Source of the DNA: a bacterium
GTDB lineage: Bacteria > Patescibacteriota > Saccharimonadia > Saccharimonadales > UBA4665
DNA: 64,000 bases
NCBI GenBank assembly: GCA_027448765.1
Contig: DAIDMV010000002.1
Location: forward strand, 366 to 64,365
Direction of reading: 5' to 3'
The translations under genes and the position numbers were made by a program. Shown in pieces: positions 7,904-18,143 of the stretch (position 1 is its first letter; every line of letters begins with the position of its first letter). The notes beneath the pieces were generated by a model. That model was not told the origin of the DNA and did no database searches. It was given only the letters and a program-made list of their open reading frames with translations.

Positions 7904-8517
7904 TTTTTTGTAATAATTGCTAGATTTTCTATTTGTTTAATTTGAACTTTTTGATGTTTAAAAAATACATCTATAGCCCTACTAACACCAGGTAAAGCCT
8001 CTCTATTGTAATCATCGATTATAATAGTCCCTTTTTTATTAAAAACTGGCCAAATTAATTTTAATGAGTCTAAAATTGAAAAATAAAAATCACCATCTAA
8101 AAAAGCAAAATAAATTTTTTTTGGTAATTCTTGACCAGTTAATTGGTTAAACCAAGCTTTGGTAATGTGTGGTAAGGCTAAATTATTTTTTTTAAAATTA
8201 GTGATCAGGTTGTTTTTAGAACAGCTTAATTGAAATTTTTGAAATTGATCCCCGGCTACCGAAAGATCTTCAGATGTTTTATCTGGTAATCCTTGGAATG
8301 AATCGTAGACAAAAAAATTTGATGGTTGATTATAATTAATTAATAATTTCTGAATAAAAAGACTGGTGGTACCAACATAACAACCCATTTCTACGACACT
8401 ACCATCTAACTGTTGATTAATATTATTTTCTAAATTATCAAGTATAATTTTTATTTTACTTTTATTGATTTGATCAGAGACTAAATTGATTTGGTTAATG
8501 ATGGAACTAGTTAACAT
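7900..8517 (-). CDS. Class I SAM-dependent methyltransferase, TylF/MycF-like
   Basis: 205 aa with VVEMGCYVGTTS (motif I-like) and the acidic motifs AFLDGDFY and IIIDDY. Confidence 0.65.
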   Translation of the reverse strand: MLTSSIINQINLVSDQINKSKIKIILDNLENNINQQLDGSVVEMGCYVGTTSLFIQKLLINYNQPSNFFVYDSFQGLPDKTSEDLSVAGDQFQKFQLSCSKNNLITNFKKNNLALPHITKAWFNQLTGQELPKKIYFAFLDGDFYFSILDSLKLIWPVFNKKGTIIIDDYNREALPGVSRAIDVFFKHQKVQIKQIENLAIITKN

Positions 8518-8892
8518 CTATTTAATATTTTCAATAAATTCAGCTAGTTCAGTTGGTGTTAAATTGGCCTTAATAATATATCCATCAGCCTTTTTTTCGA
8601 TTGATTCTTTAACTTCTTTTCTTTCTTCTAGGTTAGTGGCAATTATAATTTTGGCTTTTAAATTATAATTATTTTTTAAATCGTTTAATACGTCAATTCC
8701 ATTCATTCCTGGTATCATGAGGTCAAGAATAATAATGTCATACTGATCAGTTTTAGCTAATTTAACTGCTTCTAAACCGTTGGCGGTATTGTCGATCTGA
8801 AAGCCTTTTTTTCGCAGGGCTCTTAAGTAAAGCTCAGTGATAAAGAATTCGTCTTCGACTAGTAGAATTTTTTTATTTTGATTATTAGCCAT
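8518..8892 (-). CDS. Single-domain response regulator (receiver only)
   Basis: 124 aa with LLVEDEFF, IILDLMIPGMNG, IIATN and YIIKA. It lies immediately downstream of the histidine kinase. Confidence 0.85.
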   Translation of the reverse strand: MANNQNKKILLVEDEFFITELYLRALRKKGFQIDNTANGLEAVKLAKTDQYDIIILDLMIPGMNGIDVLNDLKNNYNLKAKIIIATNLEERKEVKESIEKKADGYIIKANLTPTELAEFIENIK

Positions 8893-8929
8893 AAACTTAC
8901 TTTATCATAAATCCTTATAATTTATTAAA

Positions 8930-10456
8930 CTAACTTCGGTACAGTGAATGATTTTTAATCCAGCCATGAGCAGTTGAAGTAAAATCTTGGTTAGAGTTAA
9001 AGTCGGGATTTTTTGCTTTAAATTGATTAACTGTTAAAACCGTAAAATGAATATCTGTTCCCTGGTTGACTTTACTGTTTACCCAAATTGAACCTGATTG
9101 AGCCTGGACAATTGATCGACATAAGTACAGACCCAGTCCAGTTCCGCCAATCTGTGAGCGATTATGATGATCTCGATAGTATTTTGTAAAAATATGTTCT
9201 AAGATATTAGCGTTAATCCCTACACCAAAATCTTCAACAATTGTTTCAACTATACCAGCTTGATTTAAAAAGCTTTTAACATTAATTACTTTCGAATTGT
9301 TGGAATATTTAATAGCATTGTCGATTAAGTTAGACAGAACTTCAATTGTTGAAATTTTATCAATAGCAACTAATGGTAAATTGGGATCAATTTTAAGGTT
9401 AATAACAATACCTCTAACTAGAGCTCTAATTTGGAGTGATTTAATTGCTTCGGTTAATGTTAATGCCCAGTCTTCTGGGTGAATATTAAGTTTTAACTGA
9501 TCATTATCAATGCGCGAAACGTTTAAAACATTATTAACGAATGCAGTTAATTGTTGAGCAGTGGCGTCCATTTTAACTAGAAAATCTTTTAATTCTAAAT
9601 TATCATACGAAACTAATTCTTCTTTCATGATCTCAATGTAACCTCTCAATAACGTTAAAGGTGTTCTAAGTTCGTGAATACTAAGAGCGACATAGCTGAC
9701 AGCTTGATCGTCTTGTTGGTATTCCCTTGTGCGATCAATAATCATTAAAATTAATTCAATTTGATAATTATTCTGGTTATTAAAATAGACCGCTAAATCA
9801 AATTGTTTTTCTGGTAAATTGTTTTGAATATTCATTTTAATTCTTGAAAAAATCTTAAAATCAGTAATTCTTTTTTGCCTAATTTTGTTAATCCAGTTTT
9901 CTAAATTTTCTTGATCACTAAAAATCATGTCAGTTAAATCGTCTAGTGATTGGTTTAAAATATCTGATAAATTTTTGTTGATATATTTAGCAAATAATTG
10001 GTTAGAAAAAATAATTTTGTTTTGATCGTTAATGATTAATGTTGGCAGAGGTAAATTATTAAAAATAAAATTTAGTTTATCTTTAGTATGGTTGTTTTGA
10101 ATTGGTTTGTCGACCAATGTAATTAATTGTTGGTTAAGATTAGTCATGAAAGATTTGCCAGTTTTTAGTTTGTTAATATCAGGAGATTCAAGATCATTTT
10201 GAGGACTAAAATGAACAATAGCCTGCCAGATAAATTTTAATGGTTCTAACGTCGATTGAATAACACTATTAATCACAAAACTTAGGATTATTAAATTTAG
10301 AAGTATAATTAAAAGTAAATAAATTAATTCGTTAGTGTGTAATAAATTATGACTTAGAAAGTAGCGATAAGTTAAAAAAGATAAGCTTTCAATTATAAAA
10401 ACTACTATCACTAAGAAAACAATTTTTCTTCTTTTAATTGATTTAATTTCTTCCAC
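8930..10456 (-). CDS. Sensor histidine kinase (2 TM, PAS-like, HisKA, HATPase_c)
   Basis: 508 aa. H-box SIHELRTPLT, N-box LIDNAIKYS, G1 DFGVGI, G2 GGTGLGL. Confidence 0.9.
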   Translation of the reverse strand: MEEIKSIKRRKIVFLVIVVFIIESLSFLTYRYFLSHNLLHTNELIYLLLIILLNLIILSFVINSVIQSTLEPLKFIWQAIVHFSPQNDLESPDINKLKTGKSFMTNLNQQLITLVDKPIQNNHTKDKLNFIFNNLPLPTLIINDQNKIIFSNQLFAKYINKNLSDILNQSLDDLTDMIFSDQENLENWINKIRQKRITDFKIFSRIKMNIQNNLPEKQFDLAVYFNNQNNYQIELILMIIDRTREYQQDDQAVSYVALSIHELRTPLTLLRGYIEIMKEELVSYDNLELKDFLVKMDATAQQLTAFVNNVLNVSRIDNDQLKLNIHPEDWALTLTEAIKSLQIRALVRGIVINLKIDPNLPLVAIDKISTIEVLSNLIDNAIKYSNNSKVINVKSFLNQAGIVETIVEDFGVGINANILEHIFTKYYRDHHNRSQIGGTGLGLYLCRSIVQAQSGSIWVNSKVNQGTDIHFTVLTVNQFKAKNPDFNSNQDFTSTAHGWIKNHSLYRS

Positions 10457-10461
10457 GTTTA

Positions 10462-11889
10462 TTATTTTTTTAATTCTTTAATCGTGTCAGCAATTCTTCT
10501 GAGGCAAGTTTCTTGACCTAAAATTTGCATAGTATCACTCAGTCCTGGACTGTGAGGAGATTGTGTGGTGGCAATTCTAATTAAACTAAATAAGATATTT
10601 GGTTTTTGATTAGTTTGGACTAGCAATTGATTAAGTTTAGTCATTAAATTTTGATCAAATGGAGTAGCTTTTAATTCTTGTTCTGAGACTTGTAATAAAT
10701 TTATTAAGATATCTTTTGGTAAATTTTTTAATTGTTTATCTTGAAAAATTAAATCAAGATTAATTAATTGATCTTCAAAAAAATAACTACTTAATTCGCT
10801 AATCTCTTGACCATATCTAATTCGATCTTGAAAAATTTTGGCAACTTTTAATAAATAATCTGGTGGAAAATTATTAGTTGATTTTGGCCAGAATGGTTGG
10901 AGTAGTTCTAGTAATTGATCGTCGGATAGTTTTTTAATATATTGGGCATTCATCCAGTCTAATCTTTTTTGATCAAATTTAGCACCACTTTTTTGAATAC
11001 GATGAATATCAAATTTTTCAGTAATTTCTTGGATTGAAAAAATTTCTTGAGTGCTACCATCATTCCAGCCTAATGTAACTAAAAAATTCAACAGAGCATC
11101 TTTTAAGTAGCCGGCGTTCATATATTCTAAAATATCTTTGGCGCCGTCTCTTTTAGATAATTTTTTATTACCATTATCATTCATGATTGGTGGCAAAGTA
11201 ACTAGTAATGGTTTTTCGATATCAAGTGCTTCATAAAGATTGAGAAATTTTGGGACTGAAGCGATGAACTCATTTGATCTAATAACATGGGAACATTTCA
11301 TTAAATAATCATCGACAATATGGGCAAAATTGTAGGTTGGGTATCCATCAGATTTAATTAAAATAAAATCATCAACGGCTTCTGGGCCAGCCGATAAGTC
11401 ACCCATTACTTCGTCGTGCCAAAAATATGGCTTAGGGTTTGATAAAAATCTTAGTGGTTGGCCAACCTGCCATTGATTTTTAGTAGTTGGTCGGTAGTCT
11501 CGAAATAAAAATGGCCTTTTGTTTTCTTTGGCTAAATTTCTAAATTGATTTAATTCTTCTTGAGTAGTTAGGTCGGCATAGGCTCGACCTTGATTTAATA
11601 ATTTTATTGCCCATTGATGATATATTTCTAGCCTTTGACTTTGTCTATATGGACCGTAAGGACCATCAATATCTGGGCCTTCGTCATAGTTAATACCAAG
11701 ACTGTTAAGAGTCCTTATAATATGATCAACTGAGTCTTTAACTAATCTATTTTGATCAGTGTCTTCAATTCTTAATATAAATTTACCATTAGATTGCTTG
11801 GCAATTAAATAAGCGAAAAGTGCCGTTCTAACTCCTCCAGCATGCATATAACCGGTCGGACTTGGCGCAAATCGTGTTCTAATCATCAT
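10462..11889 (-). CDS. gltX: Glutamyl-tRNA synthetase
   Basis: 475 aa with RFAPSPTGYMHAGGVRTALF (HIGH region) and KLSKR (KMSKS). Confidence 0.95.
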   Translation of the reverse strand: MMIRTRFAPSPTGYMHAGGVRTALFAYLIAKQSNGKFILRIEDTDQNRLVKDSVDHIIRTLNSLGINYDEGPDIDGPYGPYRQSQRLEIYHQWAIKLLNQGRAYADLTTQEELNQFRNLAKENKRPFLFRDYRPTTKNQWQVGQPLRFLSNPKPYFWHDEVMGDLSAGPEAVDDFILIKSDGYPTYNFAHIVDDYLMKCSHVIRSNEFIASVPKFLNLYEALDIEKPLLVTLPPIMNDNGNKKLSKRDGAKDILEYMNAGYLKDALLNFLVTLGWNDGSTQEIFSIQEITEKFDIHRIQKSGAKFDQKRLDWMNAQYIKKLSDDQLLELLQPFWPKSTNNFPPDYLLKVAKIFQDRIRYGQEISELSSYFFEDQLINLDLIFQDKQLKNLPKDILINLLQVSEQELKATPFDQNLMTKLNQLLVQTNQKPNILFSLIRIATTQSPHSPGLSDTMQILGQETCLRRIADTIKELKK

Positions 11890-11913
11890 TATATTATATA
11901 TATTTTTAATAAT

Positions 11914-12780
11914 TTAGACAGATTCAACAATAGATATTATTTGTTGAATAGATAGAGTTTTATCATGATTATTGAGTTTGTACCAGATATTGTGATTGAG
12001 CCATGTTGCATTGTTAGTTGAGCTGAGATAAACAATGGTTTTGTTGACTTTAATTTTTTGGTAAGTTCCATAATTATAGAGAACAAATTTTTTAATAACT
12101 TGATATGGATTTGAAGCCGTGATTTTAGATTCATTGATTTGATAGTTTTGATTATCGATATTGCTTTTAAAATAATCAGTAAAATTATTCTTTTGAAAAT
12201 TTTGATTTATATTTGAATAACCGGGCAATATGTAACTAGGTAAAGATGTACTAAAACCGACTTTTTGATTTTCTTTTAATAAGAAATTTTTTTGGTTTTG
12301 TTGAAGATTAAGATAGCCAAGTAGAGCTACTAACATAACAACGGCTACTAAACCAACTTGAATTTTATAGTTGAATTTTTTTGATTTTTTAGCAACGTGA
12401 TTAATTTGATTTGATTTTTTTTGATTCTGCAAGGCTTTTTCATAGGCTAATTCAAAAATAGCTTGACTTGGTTCAGCTGTTGGTCGTTCGGTCTCGGTAT
12501 TTTTAAAATTATAACCTGGTGGTGGTAAATTTGATTTTTCTTGATTTTTGGAAGTTGAAAAATTAAGATTAAATTTTTGGATTTGATTCGATTTGGGAAA
12601 TTTTTGACTTCTTTCAAGTCGATTTGGCAGACTATTGTTGATTCGAATAGGCTGTTTAACTAGGTCAGATATTAGGTTAGGTGGTTTTTTTAAATTATCA
12701 CGTCTTAAAGTAGTAGAATGAATAGTTTGATGAGCGGTAATATTATTAATCTTTTTAGAGTTTTTTTTGTTTTCTGTCAT
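11914..12780 (-). CDS. Membrane-anchored hypothetical protein
   Basis: 288 aa. The N-terminal half is basic and Asn/Gln-rich, followed by one TM (VGLVAVVMLVALLGYL) and an extracytoplasmic C-terminal domain. No family recognised. Confidence 0.6.
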   Translation of the reverse strand: MTENKKNSKKINNITAHQTIHSTTLRRDNLKKPPNLISDLVKQPIRINNSLPNRLERSQKFPKSNQIQKFNLNFSTSKNQEKSNLPPPGYNFKNTETERPTAEPSQAIFELAYEKALQNQKKSNQINHVAKKSKKFNYKIQVGLVAVVMLVALLGYLNLQQNQKNFLLKENQKVGFSTSLPSYILPGYSNINQNFQKNNFTDYFKSNIDNQNYQINESKITASNPYQVIKKFVLYNYGTYQKIKVNKTIVYLSSTNNATWLNHNIWYKLNNHDKTLSIQQIISIVESV

Positions 12781-12880
12781 TGTTTTAATCCACTTATGTT
12801 AATTTTAACGCCTCTTGTCTTTAGTTGCAAGTAGTTAGATAATTATTATTATGTCAAAAATTAGTGAAACCATATAAATA

Positions 12881-14362
12881 ATGGATTATTTAAATACCGA
12901 TAAAGCTCGTCGCCAAAAAATTTTATTATTAACTGGCTATGTTTTAATTGCAATTATGGTTGTTTTATCAACTTTAATCTTGGTCTATATTACCGAAGGC
13001 TATAGAATTTCTAAAAACGGCGTGATTCAAAACGGTTTGGTTTTCTTTGATTCTCAACCTAATCCAGCCAACATTTATGTTAATAATAAATTACAACCTT
13101 CAACGACTAATACTAGTTTTTTACTACCTAGTGGTCTTTATAATATTAAGATTTCAGCTCAAGGTTATATGAGTTGGCGTCGTCAAATTCAAGTGATTGG
13201 TGGCACGGTTCAAAATTATGATTATCCATTTTTATTTCCTAGAAAATTGATTACTCATAGTATCGATGTTTTTTCGGCTCAGCCTCAATTTGTCTCTCAG
13301 TCACCTAACCGTCAGTATATGATGGTTCAAAGCACTAACACTCCCACAAATTTTGATATTTTTAATCTCAATTCACCGACATCTGCACCTCAGATTATCT
13401 CTGTCCCGAGCAATGTTTTATATCCCAATTTGGCGCCAACGACTATCAGTAACCAAAGTTGGCAATTAATCCAGTGGTCTACTGATAATCAAAATGTTTT
13501 ATTGCAGTATAACTTTAATCAAACATCAGAATTTATTCTAGTCAATATTGGTAATCCAGCCAAAAGCGTTAATTTGTCTCAGTTGTTTCAAACTTATAAT
13601 TTTAATTCTATAAGTCTGGTTAACAATCAGTATAATTTGTATGATTTGTATAACACAAACACTAAAGTTTTAGATCAAGTTAACTTAAGTAGTCCACTGG
13701 TAATTAATTCTGTCTTAAGCCAAGTGTTAGCTTATAAGAGTTATTTAACCAATACGACTTTATATGTCACAACTCTTAACGCTCCTAGCGGTACAGCCTT
13801 AGTTGAAGAGGAGGTTGGTTCAACAAATTATTATATTGAAAAAATATCGCTCGCTTCCTCATATTTGCTTGATTTAACAGATTATAATGGTGTCCAATAC
13901 GTTGTAGTTGGTCAAAACAATAATCCCGACATCAATATTTATCAAGATCCAGTTGATCAAATTATTAACGACCCCACTCAGAAGCCTTTCCCCATTCAAG
14001 TCTTAAGAGTTAATAATCCAAATTATCTAAGTTTTTCCAGCAATGCTCAATTTGTCATGGTAGAAAGTGGGAATCATTTTGCGGTTTATAACGAACAAAG
14101 TGGCTCAGCTTATAATTATATCGTGCCTTATTCATTACAAGCTCCCCAAGTTCATGCTACCTGGATGGATGGCGATAGAATTGTTTATATTACCAATAAT
14201 CATCTTTTGGTTTTTGATTTTAACGATCAAAATATTCATATTTTAGTGCCAGCCAGTAGTCAGTACTTACCATTTTTTGATAGTAATTACCAATATATTT
14301 ATACGATTATTAATAAAAAAGGCCTAGGTTATTTAACCCAAACCGCCACCTTCGTTCCCTAG
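12881..14362 (+). CDS. PEGA-domain membrane-anchored protein
   Basis: 493 aa with an N-terminal TM. PEGA-like block: SQPNPANIYVNNKLQPSTTNTSFLLPSGLYNIKISAQGYMSWRRQIQV. The C-terminal region is long and beta-rich. Confidence 0.7.
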   Translation: MDYLNTDKARRQKILLLTGYVLIAIMVVLSTLILVYITEGYRISKNGVIQNGLVFFDSQPNPANIYVNNKLQPSTTNTSFLLPSGLYNIKISAQGYMSWRRQIQVIGGTVQNYDYPFLFPRKLITHSIDVFSAQPQFVSQSPNRQYMMVQSTNTPTNFDIFNLNSPTSAPQIISVPSNVLYPNLAPTTISNQSWQLIQWSTDNQNVLLQYNFNQTSEFILVNIGNPAKSVNLSQLFQTYNFNSISLVNNQYNLYDLYNTNTKVLDQVNLSSPLVINSVLSQVLAYKSYLTNTTLYVTTLNAPSGTALVEEEVGSTNYYIEKISLASSYLLDLTDYNGVQYVVVGQNNNPDINIYQDPVDQIINDPTQKPFPIQVLRVNNPNYLSFSSNAQFVMVESGNHFAVYNEQSGSAYNYIVPYSLQAPQVHATWMDGDRIVYITNNHLLVFDFNDQNIHILVPASSQYLPFFDSNYQYIYTIINKKGLGYLTQTATFVP

Positions 14363-14366
14363 TTCT

Positions 14367-15602
14367 CTAGTCTCTAAACGAATAAAGCCATTTAATGGCT
14401 ACAATAATAAAGACGGTTACGATTAATAGTCCGATAATTTTATTAGTTAAGGAACTAAATACTTGTGAAAATAAACTCGGCCCATTGTTTGGTAGTTTGG
14501 TTGGTATTTGAAAATTGTTAACAGTTTTAGGGTTAGTATTATTGCTAGGATTGGGATAAATTTGTTTACCGATTACAATTAATCTATAAAGTGATGTACC
14601 TGGTGGGTCACAAGTGATTAATGTGGCGGTAGCGGTTTGGCCTGGTACTGGTCCTAGAACGCCGACATCGTTTGGCGAAACATCAAAATGAGAGATAACT
14701 TTATAGGTATAGATTTTATCATTATAAGTTAAATAAAAGGTGTCTCCATCAACTAGAGTGTGGAGCAAAACAAATGCAAATTTGTATTTACCAGGGTTTA
14801 AAATATTATTAGCCGAATGGCCGAAGTAAACCGCGTTACCATTTTGACCAGGTAAAACAGTAGTTGGAAAGTGAACAACGCCGCTTTCTAAATTATTTTC
14901 TATGATATATTCATTGGTTGTGTTGACGTTATAGTGGATCGGTATTTGAACATTAATTTTAGGAATGATAACTTCTGGTGTTGGTGATGGGGCTTGATTA
15001 TTAGCGGTTAAAATTAGTGGTGTAGCCGAAGCAACAGAACTTGGTTGAATAAAAGGCGTAATAATGATTTGATTAAAAAAGCTAAATAAGAAAATAAAAA
15101 TAGCTAAAAAACCTATACTTAGGCCAAAAATTAGAGCTTTTAAATGAGCTTTAAAATGAAAATGTTTTTTTTGGTTATCGTAGTAAGTTGGTTGATAACG
15201 GATAGAGCGATCAGATTGTTTAATCAAGCGGTTTAAAAAATTTTTTCTTTGATTGACGATATTTGATTTATGTTCAGCTAAATTTTTTTGATAATTAGCG
15301 TTTTGTTTTTCGATACGTTGATTAGTTGTTTCATAAAATTCTTGCCAAACAATTAATTTTTCTTGATCAGGTAATTGCAGATAATAATTGTGCCATTCAG
15401 TTTGAATTTCAGCAATATCTTTACCAGAATTCATCAGTGATTGGATAAAATGTTGATGTGGACTCGGGTTGGGTTGAATTTCTCGAATTAATTCTTCGTC
15501 TAAAACATTAGGACTATCACCATAGATTTTATTAAGTCTTTGTTTTAAAAAATCTACAGCTTTTGAGTTATTGAGATCTTTGGAGGATTTTGATGGTTGC
15601 AT
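14367..15602 (-). CDS. Sortase-family transpeptidase with long N-terminal extension
   Basis: 411 aa. Catalytic His is in YFGHSAN, Cys in TLITCDPPGT and Arg in YRLIVIGK. There is one TM before the catalytic domain and a C-terminal TM. Confidence 0.8.
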   Translation of the reverse strand: MQPSKSSKDLNNSKAVDFLKQRLNKIYGDSPNVLDEELIREIQPNPSPHQHFIQSLMNSGKDIAEIQTEWHNYYLQLPDQEKLIVWQEFYETTNQRIEKQNANYQKNLAEHKSNIVNQRKNFLNRLIKQSDRSIRYQPTYYDNQKKHFHFKAHLKALIFGLSIGFLAIFIFLFSFFNQIIITPFIQPSSVASATPLILTANNQAPSPTPEVIIPKINVQIPIHYNVNTTNEYIIENNLESGVVHFPTTVLPGQNGNAVYFGHSANNILNPGKYKFAFVLLHTLVDGDTFYLTYNDKIYTYKVISHFDVSPNDVGVLGPVPGQTATATLITCDPPGTSLYRLIVIGKQIYPNPSNNTNPKTVNNFQIPTKLPNNGPSLFSQVFSSLTNKIIGLLIVTVFIIVAIKWLYSFRD

Positions 15603-15663
15603 TATATCTTAGAAGATTACCTTTTTATTATATTATAGTAATCTGCTATAATCTAATTTGTTA

Positions 15664-15750
15664 GCCGCGGTGGTGGAATTGGTAGACACGCTGGACTCAA
15701 AATCCTGTGAGATTTATCTCGTGACGGTTCAAGTCCGTCTCGCGGCACCA
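15664..15750 (+). tRNA. tRNA-Leu (anticodon CAA), type II with long variable arm, CCA encoded
   Basis: Hand-folded. Acceptor GCCGCGG/TCGCGGC, anticodon loop CUCAAAA, variable arm GAGAU-UU-AUCUC, T arm GACGG-TTCAAGT-CCGTC, then ACCA. Confidence 0.9.
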
Positions 15751-16514
15751 GAATTGATAAAATCATAGATTGCACAAGTAATCGATTCAAAAATTTTATT
15801 ATAATTATTGGCCAGATAGTAACTACTTAGAATATTTAAATTAGTTTCCCAATTTTCGGTATTTATTGCTTCTGTCAGACTAATTTTACCGTCATAAAAA
15901 GCTATTAAATTTTGATTAAATTCTGTAATTAAAGCTAGTTTAAATTGTTGACAAAAATGATCGATGATTTGAATTATTTTTGTCAATTCCATGTTAGAAG
16001 TAATGGCTTGGTGGTAATGAAAATTTCTTAATAATTTTTGTAAATTTTTAAATTGGATAATGATGACTGTTTGATTTGGTTGAAAGTTATCAATAATAGC
16101 ATCATGACTAATAACTTTTATTTTATTGATCTCATTAATAATTTTTTCAATTAAGATAATAGTTTCGCTATTGGTTGTAAAACCACCAATCATTGACAGA
16201 ATATCACTATCGAGACTAAGATCTTCAATTAAGCTAAATGTTTCTAGACTAAACGCCCCACTTTGATTAGACGGTGCAAAAATGAGATTGGATTGGTGTT
16301 CTTGAAAAATCTTTCTTAAGCTATTTGGTAAAACTACATGTAGTTGATGATATTTTTTTTGTTGCAGTAAATTATAAGCCGTTGATATTTGTTTAAAATC
16401 AGTACTACTACCACCAATTAAACAAAAATTATTAGCACTAATTTGACTAACGGGTTGATCCCAAAATAAATCAGGAAATAATGGTTGATTAATGTTTTGT
16501 CTTTGCCAGTACAT
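15729..16514 (-). CDS. Hypothetical protein with weak YjeF-C/carbohydrate-kinase-like resemblance
   Basis: 261 aa. LIGGSSTDF, MIGGFTTNSET and VISHDAI loosely parallel the NAD(P)HX-dehydratase blocks. The last 22 nt are antisense to the tRNA-Leu 3' end. Confidence 0.45.
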   Translation of the reverse strand: MYWQRQNINQPLFPDLFWDQPVSQISANNFCLIGGSSTDFKQISTAYNLLQQKKYHQLHVVLPNSLRKIFQEHQSNLIFAPSNQSGAFSLETFSLIEDLSLDSDILSMIGGFTTNSETIILIEKIINEINKIKVISHDAIIDNFQPNQTVIIIQFKNLQKLLRNFHYHQAITSNMELTKIIQIIDHFCQQFKLALITEFNQNLIAFYDGKISLTEAINTENWETNLNILSSYYLANNYNKIFESITCAIYDFINSGAARRT

Positions 16515-17226
16515 ATTGATTATCTTGATAAGTTAATTGATAGTTAACGTTTTTTCTTTCGATTACAATTTTCCAATGTTTAGATTGAGCTAGATCAAAA
16601 AGTGATTGATTGGGATTAAAGGCAATTGGATTCTCGACATAATTCAAAATATATTGATCTCCTAAAGTATCACCAACGGCGTAACTATTTTTATTACTAA
16701 GGTTATATTTTGTAATTAATTGTTTTAAAGCTTTTAGCTTTTGTTGACCAGTCATAACGATGAGCTGAGATTTTTTATTATTGTCAGTTAGATTACTGCC
16801 AGCAAAGTCATCAATTCGATAATATCGAGCTATTAATTTGACAATATCTTTTGGCGAGCCGGAGATAAAAAAAATAGCATAATTTTTAGTCTGTAATTCT
16901 TTAATTAAATTTAAGGTATAGCTGTGAACTTGATCTTTATAAATACTAAAAACGTTTTGACAGATTTGATTAAAATCATCAGAGTTAATTTTATAAACAA
17001 TGCGAGCAGTTTCATTGATTAAATGTTTTTCATATTTTTCGAAACTTTCTTTTGTTTGTCGATTTTTCCAGTCTTGTTTATATTGATTGATAGTTTGAAT
17101 TTGTTGGTCGGTTAATAGCTTGAGATTAATTAATTCGTCAATAATAGCATGGTATAGCTGCCATCTAATTAACGTACCATCAAGATCAAAAACAGCGTAT
17201 TTAGTTTTTAGTTTTTCTGTATCCAT
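16489..17226 (-). CDS. HAD-superfamily hydrolase (subfamily IB-like)
   Basis: 245 aa with motif I AVFDLDGTL, motif II FISGS and a late GDTLGD. Confidence 0.8.
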   Translation of the reverse strand: MDTEKLKTKYAVFDLDGTLIRWQLYHAIIDELINLKLLTDQQIQTINQYKQDWKNRQTKESFEKYEKHLINETARIVYKINSDDFNQICQNVFSIYKDQVHSYTLNLIKELQTKNYAIFFISGSPKDIVKLIARYYRIDDFAGSNLTDNNKKSQLIVMTGQQKLKALKQLITKYNLSNKNSYAVGDTLGDQYILNYVENPIAFNPNQSLFDLAQSKHWKIVIERKNVNYQLTYQDNQYVLAKTKH

Positions 17227-18143
17227 GTAGAAATCCTTTCTGACAGTTCAATTTCTTGTCCATTGAAGCTGTGATCGGCTTGATTAATAATTTCATAATT
17301 TATGAATTTTTCAGTAGTTGCTCCAAGATTTTTTTTAATTAATTGAAAAATGTTTGCGGGTCCATTGAAAGGTATAGTAAATTCATCTAATTGTCCAAAG
17401 ATCATTAGAAGATTTCGATCAATACTGTTTAATTCTTGAAATATTTTTTTGTGCCCCAATCTTTTAAAACTGGCTTCATAATAAGGAAAAATATTATAGC
17501 TGCCATCAGGATTTAGCATATCAAAGCAAGACTGAGCTGACATTGGATAGCAGCCAGAATATTTCGGCATTTTTTTAAACGGTTTATCAAGATTAATAAT
17601 TTGTTTAGCTAGCTTAAGACTAGTAAAAAATTTGTCTTGCAAATTAAGATAATTACAGCCAACATCGTCACTGGCTCCAAGTAAAATATAGGCTGTTACG
17701 TGATCTTTTTTTTGGTTTTTATAATGATATAGAATTGCCTTATTGGCGCCAGTTGAATGACCAATTAAATAAATTTTTTGGTATCCCTGTTGTTGGACAA
17801 AATTAATCGCTCCGTCAATGTCTTTTAGACAGTCTATAATTAGTTCGTTAGTCCAACCTCCTTTAAAATGTATTGATTGATCATCTTTAAATTTTAAATA
17901 TTTTTGATTATGGGCTCCACGGTTATTAAAAGCTAAAAAACTAATTTGATTTGAGTTTAATTGATTAGCTAATTGGTTTATTAGCTTTGGTTTATAGAAG
18001 ACACCATTATCGCCCATACCATGTAACCAAATAGCAATTTTTTTAGTTTTAAGTTGTTGGTTTTCAAATAATAGCCCAGGTAAAATAAGTTGGTCGGTAG
18101 TGATTACTTCAACTAATTTTGTCATTTTAATTTTGTAATTCAA
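17208..18143 (-). CDS. Alpha/beta-fold hydrolase
   Basis: 311 aa with nucleophile elbow GHSTGA, an oxyanion-region HGMGDN and a late DH. Confidence 0.75.
   Translation of the reverse strand: MNYKIKMTKLVEVITTDQLILPGLLFENQQLKTKKIAIWLHGMGDNGVFYKPKLINQLANQLNSNQISFLAFNNRGAHNQKYLKFKDDQSIHFKGGWTNELIIDCLKDIDGAINFVQQQGYQKIYLIGHSTGANKAILYHYKNQKKDHVTAYILLGASDDVGCNYLNLQDKFFTSLKLAKQIINLDKPFKKMPKYSGCYPMSAQSCFDMLNPDGSYNIFPYYEASFKRLGHKKIFQELNSIDRNLLMIFGQLDEFTIPFNGPANIFQLIKKNLGATTEKFINYEIINQADHSFNGQEIELSERISTWIQKN

Noticed and set aside
15729-15750. A 22-nt overlap between the 3' end of the 261-aa ORF and the antisense of the tRNA-Leu 3' end.
   Set aside because: It is probably a chance extension of the reading frame into the tRNA gene, giving the C-terminal ...GAARRT. 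I see no evidence of a functional antisense relationship, so it is noted only as an annotation caveat.
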